From the NCBI GenBank assembly GCA_031409275.1, contig JANNXA010000027.1, positions 96,001-160,000 of the forward strand: a DNA stretch of 64,000 bases. The letters run 5' to 3'. The translations under genes and the position numbers were made by a program. This DNA comes from Planctomycetota bacterium (GTDB lineage: Bacteria; Planctomycetota; B15-G4; SIAN01). Of this stretch, positions 43,788 to 51,583 are shown in pieces (position 1 is the first letter of the stretch; each line of letters starts with the position of its first letter). The notes under the pieces were generated by a model. The model did not search any database. It saw only the letters and a program-made list of their open reading frames with translations, and was not told where the DNA came from.

Positions 43788-46700
43788 ATGGCCCAGCGCT
43801 TGAAACGGCCTTGGAACCTGCTGCTCGTCGCGGCGGTCGCCGGCGCCCTGATGCTTCCAGCCTGCTGGAACTCCGACGGGTTGGGCCCGCTCTTCGGCGC
43901 GCCCGATGGCGGCGGCGACGGCGGCTTCGACCCCGGCGTCGGCGGCGGGCTGCAGCTGCGCGATCTTTTCGTCAATGCGCGCCTGCTGCGCGACGCGCCG
44001 ACGGTCGTGCGATCGGCGCCTGCCGACAAGGCGACCGGCGTTTCGCTGAAGACCGCCGTCGTCGTCGAGTTCTCGGAGAGCATGACCGAGAACACGGTTC
44101 GAACCGGCCTCAGCCTGTTCCAGTCGGGCTCATCGACGGCGACCGCGGTCACGACGACGCTGTTCCAGGGCGATTCGGTCGCCGTGATGGTGCCGCAAAG
44201 CGACCTCTTGCCGAATACCGACTACGAGATCGTGGTCGCCGGACCAGTGTCCGACCTCCAGGGTGACGCGATCGAACGCGGCGGCGGCGCCGCCGACTCC
44301 CGGTTCCGTTTCAAGACGATCCAGGCCAACGGCGACCCGGACTTCGAGGTGATCTACTCCTCGCCGCAGCCGCAGGCCGGCGAGGTGCCGCGCGGGTCCG
44401 AGGCTCTGCTCGTCTTCTCCGAACCGGTCAACGTCACGTCGACGGGCGGCGGGCTGAACGGCACCAACAACCTGATCACGCGTCGAGACGGCTCGACGCT
44501 CGTGCTCGGGATCGACTACACCCTCACCACGTTCCCGACCGCCAATCCGCGCGGCGCTCTGGTGACCTACACCCAGCGAGCTCCGGCCGGGTCGGAGGTC
44601 GAGGTCATCGTCGACAAGGATGTGCAGAGCGCGGATGGCCAGGAGTCGCTGAAGGGCGGCGATGGCTTCAACCTGAAGTTCACGACGCAGGACACGGCGG
44701 TTCCGTCGATCGTGACGTTCCCGCAGTCGCCGATCGTCCCGGGCGCCGACGGAGCGATCAGCTCGGTCACGTTGAACAGCTTCGAGGCGCAGCTCGAGCT
44801 GACGGCCGACGGCCAGCTTCCCGACAAGGCGACGATCGTCTACTTCGACGCCGACGCCCAGAACGGGCTGCTTTTCTCGAAGTCGGCCTCGGCGCCGACC
44901 CTGTTCGTCAATGACCTGCAGCCGCAGGCCACGCCGGCGCTCCAGGACGGCGAAGTGATCGTCGGCGTCTACGTCGAACGCCGCGGTTTCCGGTCTGAAG
45001 TGACGGTCCTCTCGACGCTCGAGAAGGACACGGTCGGCCCGCGTCTCGTCGAAATGGGCGACCCGAACCTCAATCCGTCGACGTTGATCACGCAGGTCAA
45101 CGATCCGGTGCTGCATGGCCGGATGACCGAAGCGTGCGCCGGATTCCAGGTCGACTTCGACGGCGCCGGCGCCCCCGACTTCAACTCCATCGAGTTCATC
45201 AGCGGGCAGTCGACGATCCGCCAGGACCTCTTCGTCAGCAGCGCCAGCGAGGACGCCGCGTTGCCCGCTCAGCTCGAGCCGAAAGTCGCGTTCAGCGTCA
45301 TCACCTCGGACATCTTCGGGAACGCATCGATCAACGCCGACGTGGTCGCACACCAGACCGTCGGAATGGTCGGCGCGAGCCTCGCGTCGCCCGACACGGT
45401 GAACGCGTTGCACGTGGCCGCGTTCTCCGGCGACCTGTTCCAGCCGTTCACGCTGGGGGCGGTCCTGATCGACGCCTTTCCGCCGAGTGCGAGCGGTGCC
45501 GGCCAGATCGCGCGCGGCCTGTCGAGCGGCAACGGAGTGGCGCGCTTCAGCCAGGCGGAGATCGCGGCGATCCCGACCGCGCAGATCACGGTCACGATCC
45601 TCGCGAAGCGCAACAACGGCTCGACCAACGTGTTGTTCGGCCCGATCACCTTCGGCGGCGTCGACAAGCCGACCAACGCCGCGCCGCGCGCCATCATCGC
45701 GTTGCTGACGCCTGAGCCCGTGATCAAGCTCACCAACGACGTGCAGTGCGACGTGCTCGGCGAGAGCCAGAACTCGCCGTTCGAGACCGGCAGCGCATTC
45801 GTCGACGACCTCGTTGCGTCGACGCTCGAGCAGGAGAAGCAGGTGTCGCTGATCGCGTCGCCGGGGTTGACCGACAACCTCTTCGACCTGCCGCTGCAGC
45901 GCCTGCACTGCTTCAGCGCTGTCGAGCGCGTCTCGGCCGGCAGCGCCAGCTTGTTCCGGTTCTCGAGTTCCGAGCCGTTCCTCGCCAGCGACGACAGCGG
46001 ACAGGTCGGTTTCTCGAAGTCGCGCGCCGTCGATTACACCGGCCAGGCGACCACCTACTCCGACACGTCCCATCCGCAGCTCGTCCATCAATTGACGTTC
46101 GTCGATGCCGACGTCAGCACCGGCGGCAGCGTCGGCCTGCGGGGCACCGAAGGCGCGTCCGACCAGCTGCGCGAGATGCGACTGCTCTGCCGCGTGCCGG
46201 GCTTCCTCAGCAACGTCTCGGTCGGCGCCACCAGCCAGTTCGTCACGAGCGGCGGGCAGCGCACCGGGGCGGTCCTGCTGCCGTTGCCGTTCCTGAACAA
46301 CGACTCGACGGGCACGACCGGCATCGCCGATTCGCCCCTCGAACTCCTGCTGCAGCCCGACCTGATCGATGACGCATCGAGCGTCGACCCGACTCGGCTG
46401 CGACGCAACCTGCGGCTCGAGCTGGTGATCGGCGAGAAGCAGAGCCTGCTCGGCAGCGGGGCGAGCACGCGCGAGCGCTTCCTGATCGATCCGGTTGCCG
46501 CGACCGCCGACAACGCCGCTCCGCAGGCGATCCCGGTGTTGACGCTCACCGACAACAACCACGCTCCTGAGCTGCAGTGGACCGAGACGACCTCCGGCGA
46601 GGGGATGCACTGCCTGTCGCTGATCAGCCTGTTGAACGTGCAGACCTGGCGCGTCTACGTGCCGGCGGTCGCCGGAGCGACGGTGACGATGCGCATGCCG

Positions 46701-46928
46701 CAGTTGCCGCTCGTGCTTCCCGACAACGTCGGCACCACCGACTTCACGCTGCCGTCGACGTTCCGCTGCTTCGTCGAGTCGTACGACTTCGATCCGAACG
46801 GAGCGTTCGCGCCCGGTTCGACCGAGCAGTACCACTTCGACGCGCAGCGCTGGTGGCAGAGCGACCTCGAGCGGGAGTTCCTGCGCGCGTCGCGCTCCGA
46901 CCCGCAGCGAACGATCACGACGCAGTGA
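43788..46928 (+). CDS. Large lipoprotein with N-terminal bacterial Ig-like (Big_5/SbsA-like) domains
   Basis: SD AAGGA; lipobox LPAC; PTVVRSAPADKATGV...VVEFSESM, L.PNTDY.I.V...V.DL.G; second repeat LVFSEPV. Confidence 0.75.
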   Translation: MAQRLKRPWNLLLVAAVAGALMLPACWNSDGLGPLFGAPDGGGDGGFDPGVGGGLQLRDLFVNARLLRDAPTVVRSAPADKATGVSLKTAVVVEFSESMTENTVRTGLSLFQSGSSTATAVTTTLFQGDSVAVMVPQSDLLPNTDYEIVVAGPVSDLQGDAIERGGGAADSRFRFKTIQANGDPDFEVIYSSPQPQAGEVPRGSEALLVFSEPVNVTSTGGGLNGTNNLITRRDGSTLVLGIDYTLTTFPTANPRGALVTYTQRAPAGSEVEVIVDKDVQSADGQESLKGGDGFNLKFTTQDTAVPSIVTFPQSPIVPGADGAISSVTLNSFEAQLELTADGQLPDKATIVYFDADAQNGLLFSKSASAPTLFVNDLQPQATPALQDGEVIVGVYVERRGFRSEVTVLSTLEKDTVGPRLVEMGDPNLNPSTLITQVNDPVLHGRMTEACAGFQVDFDGAGAPDFNSIEFISGQSTIRQDLFVSSASEDAALPAQLEPKVAFSVITSDIFGNASINADVVAHQTVGMVGASLASPDTVNALHVAAFSGDLFQPFTLGAVLIDAFPPSASGAGQIARGLSSGNGVARFSQAEIAAIPTAQITVTILAKRNNGSTNVLFGPITFGGVDKPTNAAPRAIIALLTPEPVIKLTNDVQCDVLGESQNSPFETGSAFVDDLVASTLEQEKQVSLIASPGLTDNLFDLPLQRLHCFSAVERVSAGSASLFRFSSSEPFLASDDSGQVGFSKSRAVDYTGQATTYSDTSHPQLVHQLTFVDADVSTGGSVGLRGTEGASDQLREMRLLCRVPGFLSNVSVGATSQFVTSGGQRTGAVLLPLPFLNNDSTGTTGIADSPLELLLQPDLIDDASSVDPTRLRRNLRLELVIGEKQSLLGSGASTRERFLIDPVAATADNAAPQAIPVLTLTDNNHAPELQWTETTSGEGMHCLSLISLLNVQTWRVYVPAVAGATVTMRMPQLPLVLPDNVGTTDFTLPSTFRCFVESYDFDPNGAFAPGSTEQYHFDAQRWWQSDLEREFLRASRSDPQRTITTQ

Positions 46929-47656
46929 GCGGCGCGCACGATCCGAAGCCCGCGGGGGCGTCGGCCCCGCGCGCCATCGCCCTCCTTTCGGGCGGGCTCG
47001 ACTCGACCGTTGCGCTGGCGCTCGCGCAGGAGCGCGGACCGATCGCGCTGGCGCTGACCTTCGACTACGGGCAGCGCGCGGCCGCCCGCGAAGTCGAGCG
47101 ATCGGCGCGCCTTGCCCGCTTCTTCGGGGTTCCCCATCAGGTCGTGCCGCTGCCTTTTTTCGCGGCGCTGCCAGGTGGCGGGGCGCTGCTCGATCGGGGC
47201 CAGGAGCTGCCGCGTCCGAACCTCGAGGCGCTCGATCGTGGCGGCGCGGCGGTCGTCGCGAGCGCCGCTTGCGTCTGGGTGCCGAATCGCAACGGGGTCT
47301 TCGTCGAGGTGGCGGCGGCCTTCGCGGAGGCGCTCGGCGCCGATCGCGTCGTGGTCGGGTTCAATCGCGAAGAGGCGGCGACCTTCCCCGACAACTCGCT
47401 CGACTACCTGCGCGCGCTCGACGGCGCGCTGGCGTACTCCACCCGCGGGCATGTGCGCGTCGAGGCGCCCACCGGAGCGCTCGACAAGGTGGCGATCGTG
47501 GCGGCCGCCGCCTCACGGCGCCTCCCGCTCGACCTGATGTGGCCCTGCTACGAGGGGGGGGCTGCCCCCTGCGCCACCTGCGAGTCCTGCCAGCGCTTCC
47601 TGCGGGCTTGCAGCCGCGCCGGGGTGGCGTCTCCCTTCGGGGCGAGCGCCAGTTGA
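46925..47656 (+). CDS. queC: 7-cyano-7-deazaguanine synthase
   Basis: GTGA overlap; LLSGGLDS, FDYGQR, WVPNRN, FPD, zinc motif CY...C..C.SC. Confidence 0.9.
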   Translation: MSGAHDPKPAGASAPRAIALLSGGLDSTVALALAQERGPIALALTFDYGQRAAAREVERSARLARFFGVPHQVVPLPFFAALPGGGALLDRGQELPRPNLEALDRGGAAVVASAACVWVPNRNGVFVEVAAAFAEALGADRVVVGFNREEAATFPDNSLDYLRALDGALAYSTRGHVRVEAPTGALDKVAIVAAAASRRLPLDLMWPCYEGGAAPCATCESCQRFLRACSRAGVASPFGASAS

Positions 47657-47701
47657 CCGAGCCTCCGCCGGTCGAGATCGGGCGTCGAGGGAACAGGAGG
47701 G

Positions 47702-47730
47702 TTTACTGGCCGCGCCAGCGCTGCTAGCTT
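47702..47730 (+). promoter_or_regulatory. Sigma70-type promoter of rpsO-pnp
   Basis: TTTACT, 17-nt spacer, TAGCTT, with extended -10 TG. Confidence 0.6.
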
Positions 47731-47845
47731 CCCCGCCCTTCAGAAATGAAAAGCACCGGGTCGTGGTGCGAGGCCGCCGAGGATACGGCGCGACGCAGCG
47801 ACCCCCTCCGCAAGGTACGGGCGCACGCGCGCTCGGAAGACGTGA

Positions 47846-48118
47846 ATGAGCACTCCCGCTGAACTGAAGACGAAGCTGATCCAGGACTACCGCCAGTCGG
47901 AGGGCGACACCGGTTCGCCCGAGGTCCAGATCGCGCTGCTCAGTGATCGAATCAAGGGCCTGACTGAGCACTTCAAGACCCACAAGAAGGACTACGCGTC
48001 CCGGCGCGGTCTCTTGATGATGGTCGGCCGTCGTAGCACGCTGCTCAAGTTCCTGAAGAACAAGAGCCGGCAGCGCTTCGAACAGGTGGTCAAGCGTCTC
48101 GGCCTGCGCGCGAGCTGA
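47846..48118 (+). CDS. rpsO: 30S ribosomal protein S15
   Basis: [36 protein letters not shown]. Confidence 0.98.
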   Translation: MSTPAELKTKLIQDYRQSEGDTGSPEVQIALLSDRIKGLTEHFKTHKKDYASRRGLLMMVGRRSTLLKFLKNKSRQRFEQVVKRLGLRAS

Positions 48119-48317
48119 AACGCGCGTGGAACACCGCGCCAGCCGCTGGTCGAGACTTCGATCTCGTCCAGCGCGGCGCGGCCGCGCTGTTTCGATGACT
48201 CGTCGCGTATCCGCTCTCTCCGTCTCCGCCCCGAGGGGAATCTCGGGCAGGCGCTGCCTCGTCGCAGCGCTCGCGTCGCATCTCTTGCGCTCGCAAACAG
48301 AAGGAATGCAGTAACCC

Positions 48318-50885
48318 ATGGCTTCAACCCCCGATCCGCGCTCCGCCGCCGAAACGCAGCACGGCCAGGCCTATCTCGACACCGCGATCACCGTCGAGCG
48401 GCAGCTTGGGCGCGAAACGCTGCGCCTCTCGACCGGACTTCTGGCCCGCCAGGCCGACGGATCGGTGATGGTGAGCTACCGCGATTCGCACGTGCTCGTG
48501 GCCGTCTCCTCCGCCAAGCCGTGGCGCGAGCAGGACTTCTTCCCGCTCACCGTCGACTACCGCGAGCGCACCTCGGCCGCGGGCAAGTTCCCGGGCGGCT
48601 TCATCAAGCGTGAAACGCGTCCGACGCAGAAGGAAGTCCTCACTTCGCGCCTGATGGATCGTCCGATCCGCCCGCTCTTCGCGGACGGCTACAAGGACGA
48701 AGTCGAGATCATGGCCACCGTGATCTCCGCCGACCCGGACTTCGATCCGGACGTGCTCGGCGTCATCGGCGCGATGGCGTGCCTCCACATCTCGAAGATC
48801 CCGTACCTCGGCCCCGGCGGCGCGGTGCGCGTCGCGCTGAAGAACGGTCAGCCGATCCTGATGCCGACCGACGCCGAGCGCAAAGAGGGCGAGCTCGACC
48901 TCGTCGTCGCCGGCCATCGCAGCGCGGTCTCGATGGTCGAAGCCGGCGCCAAGGGCATCAGCGAAGAAGCGATGCACGGCGCCATCGAGTTCGGCTGGAA
49001 GGCGATCCAGACCATCTGCGACGCGCTCGACGAGCTGCGCCAGAAGGCGGGCAAGCCGAAGCTCACGGTCGTCGCTCCGGTCCGCGACGAGGCGACCTAC
49101 GCGAAGATGAAGTCCGAGGCGTGGAACGATCTGCGCACCGCGATCCTGACGCCTGGGAAGCACGCGCAGAAGGTCGCGATCAAGGAGTTCGGCAGCAAGC
49201 TCGTCGAGCGTCACGCCGCCGGACTCGCCGCGGGCACGCCCGAGCGTGACAAGCGCGAGAAGGAGCTGAAGAGCCTCTACGGCGACCTCGTCTCCGAGCG
49301 CACTCGCGAGCTGATCCTCGCCGAGGATCTGCGCGCCGACGGTCGCGACCTGCGCACCGTTCGCCCGATCCGCATCGCGCTCGGCGTCCTGCCGCGCGTC
49401 CACGGCACGGCGATCTTCACGCGCGGCGAAACGCAGTCGCTCACCCAAGTCACGCTCGGCACCCAGGACGACGAGCAGCGCGTCGACGGCCTGCGCGAGC
49501 CGATCCGCAAGCGCTTCTATCTCGACTACAACTTCCCGCCGTTCAGCGTCAACGAGGTCAAGCCGATCCGCGGCCCGGGCCGGCGCGAAATCGGCCACGG
49601 CATGCTCGCCGAGCGTGCGCTGGCGGCGGTGGTCCCGTCGGACGAGGTCTTCCCCTACACCATCCGTGTCATCTCCGACATCCTCGAGAGCAACGGCAGT
49701 TCGTCGATGGCGACGGTTTGCGCCGGATCGCTGGCAATGATGGATGCCGGCGTGCCGTTGACCGCTCCGGTGGCCGGCATCGCGATGGGGCTCGTGACCG
49801 ACGGCAAGCGCACCAAGATCCTCTCCGACATCCTCGGCGGCGAAGATCACGACGGCGACATGGACTTCAAGGTGGCGGGCACGACGGCCGGCATCACCGC
49901 CATGCAGATGGACGTCAAGATCAAGGGGCTCGACCTCGCGATCATGAAGCAGGCGCTCGCGCAGGCGCGCGAGGGCCGTCTGCACATCCTGAGCGTCATG
50001 GGCTCGGTGATCTCCGCCGGGCGTGCGACGGTTTCTCAGCACGCGCCGCGCGTCCTGCGCCGCGTGATCCCGATCGAGAAGATCGGCGCGCTCATCGGGC
50101 CGGGCGGCAAGAACATCCGGATGATCCAGGAGCGCACTGGCACCGACGTCGAGGTCGACGACACCGGCAAGGTCATCATCTCGGGCAAGAGCCTCGAGGC
50201 GATCGAAGAGGCCGGTCGCTTCGTCGATGCCTTCACCAAGGAGGTCAACCTCGGCGATCAGTTCGAGGCGACCGTCATCGAGATCAAGGAGTTCGGCGCC
50301 TTCGTCGAGCTCGTGCCAGGCCAGGAGGCGCTGCTGCACGTGTCGGAGATGGCCGACACCTTCGTCAACAATCCGCACGACGTCGTTCAGATCGGCATGA
50401 AGCTCAAGGTCAAGGTGATCTTCGTCGACCCGAGCGGCAAGGTGAAGGTCAGCGCGCGAACCAACCCCGGCACTCCGGGTGGTGGTGGTCGGCGCGACGA
50501 CGGCCCGCGTCCGCCGCGCCGAGATGACGGCGGCGGCCGTGGCGGCCCGCCGCGCGGCGGCGGGGGCTACGGCGGTGGTGGTGGCGGTGGTGGATACGGC
50601 GGGGGCGGTGGCGGTGGCCCGCCGCGCGGCGACGGAGGCGGGTTCGGCGGCGGTGGTGGTGGTCACGGCGGCGGTGGTGGTCACGGCGGCGGTGGCAATC
50701 GCCCCGACGACCGCGGACCCGCGCCGCAAATGGCGCCCGAGCAGCCGCAGCAGCCGCAGCAGCCCCAGCCCGCGTTCGACGATTTCGATCCGATGAGCGG
50801 GCCCGGCGACGGCAACGACGCAGGGCAAGGAGACGGTGGTGGCGGCGGAGACGGCGGTGGCCGTCGGCGCCGGCGCCGGCGCTGA
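48318..50885 (+). CDS. pnp: Polyribonucleotide nucleotidyltransferase with a Gly/Arg-rich C-terminal extension
   Basis: LARQADG, DFFPLTVDYRE, RREIGHG.LAERAL, ESNGSSSMA, GDMDFKVAGT, KH and S1 domains. Confidence 0.98.
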   Translation: MASTPDPRSAAETQHGQAYLDTAITVERQLGRETLRLSTGLLARQADGSVMVSYRDSHVLVAVSSAKPWREQDFFPLTVDYRERTSAAGKFPGGFIKRETRPTQKEVLTSRLMDRPIRPLFADGYKDEVEIMATVISADPDFDPDVLGVIGAMACLHISKIPYLGPGGAVRVALKNGQPILMPTDAERKEGELDLVVAGHRSAVSMVEAGAKGISEEAMHGAIEFGWKAIQTICDALDELRQKAGKPKLTVVAPVRDEATYAKMKSEAWNDLRTAILTPGKHAQKVAIKEFGSKLVERHAAGLAAGTPERDKREKELKSLYGDLVSERTRELILAEDLRADGRDLRTVRPIRIALGVLPRVHGTAIFTRGETQSLTQVTLGTQDDEQRVDGLREPIRKRFYLDYNFPPFSVNEVKPIRGPGRREIGHGMLAERALAAVVPSDEVFPYTIRVISDILESNGSSSMATVCAGSLAMMDAGVPLTAPVAGIAMGLVTDGKRTKILSDILGGEDHDGDMDFKVAGTTAGITAMQMDVKIKGLDLAIMKQALAQAREGRLHILSVMGSVISAGRATVSQHAPRVLRRVIPIEKIGALIGPGGKNIRMIQERTGTDVEVDDTGKVIISGKSLEAIEEAGRFVDAFTKEVNLGDQFEATVIEIKEFGAFVELVPGQEALLHVSEMADTFVNNPHDVVQIGMKLKVKVIFVDPSGKVKVSARTNPGTPGGGGRRDDGPRPPRRDDGGGRGGPPRGGGGYGGGGGGGGYGGGGGGGPPRGDGGGFGGGGGGHGGGGGHGGGGNRPDDRGPAPQMAPEQPQQPQQPQPAFDDFDPMSGPGDGNDAGQGDGGGGGDGGGRRRRRRR

Positions 50886-50967
50886 TTGTGCCGCAGGGGG
50901 CGGAAAGCGGCCGTTCAGTGCGTTGACCGTATTCGACCCGAGGCGAGCTGGCATCCGCGCCGGCCCA

Positions 50968-51147
50968 GTCAGGAGACGTTCGTAGCAGCAAGCGAACGAT
51001 GAGAGACGCCGGCGTCGTGTTCAGGGCGCCGGTCGACCGCGTGAGGGACGTGCCGCTTGGTTACCGCGGTCCCGCGGACACGAAGCCACGACGGTCCAAG
51101 TTCAAGCGAGCAACGGCAGAGATGCCGGCACCCATGGGACCTGCGAC
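50968..51147 (+). ncRNA. Structured RNA candidate (6S-like RNA or cold-shock gene leader)
   Basis: Nested stems 51015-22/51076-83 and 51035-41/51065-71; GTTCG, GAACGAT, GTTCAAG and CGGCA words in 6S-like order. Confidence 0.3.
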
Positions 51148-51167
51148 AGTGCCAGGAGTTCGAGTCC

Positions 51168-51380
51168 ATGCCGCAAGGGAAGATCAAGTGGTTCGACAAC
51201 AAGAAGGGGTACGGCTTCATCTCCATCGAGGGGATGGAAGACATCTTCGTCCACTATTCGCAGATCGACGGCGAGGGGTTCAAGACGCTTCGCGACGGTG
51301 AGTCGGTCGAATGCGACGTGGTCCAGGGCACCAAGGGGCTCTACGCCGAGAAGGTCAAGCGGCTCGAGCCGGTGACCTGA
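51168..51380 (+). CDS. cspA: Cold-shock protein
   Basis: SD AGGAG; GKIKWFDNKKGYGFI, DIFVHYSQI. Confidence 0.95.
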   Translation: MPQGKIKWFDNKKGYGFISIEGMEDIFVHYSQIDGEGFKTLRDGESVECDVVQGTKGLYAEKVKRLEPVT

Positions 51381-51406
51381 ACTCGCGCCCGCGTCGAGCG
51401 GGCAAT

Positions 51407-51562
51407 CGTCGATCTTCGCGGCCCGGCTGGACTCAGGTTCAGCCGGGCCGCTCTCGTTGCGCTCGAAGCGCGGTGCGCCGTTGCAAAGTCGCTTCGAGCC
51501 CCGAAAGAGACGAGCCCCAAGCTCCGCTCGCGCGGGGCATGGGGCTCGTCGGAAGATCGGCG
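51407..51562. repeat. Multi-hairpin palindromic intergenic element
   Basis: Closing stem 51407-17/51552-62 encloses hairpins at 51418-51451, 51461-51499 and 51509-51550. Confidence 0.65.
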
Positions 51563-51583
51563 TTTGCGCCAGAGAGGTCCGGC

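Noticed and set aside
50520..50770. GGT/GGC and CAGCCGCAG tandem repeats as a CRISPR or VNTR locus
   Set aside because: In-frame coding low complexity within pnp; no spacers and no cas genes.
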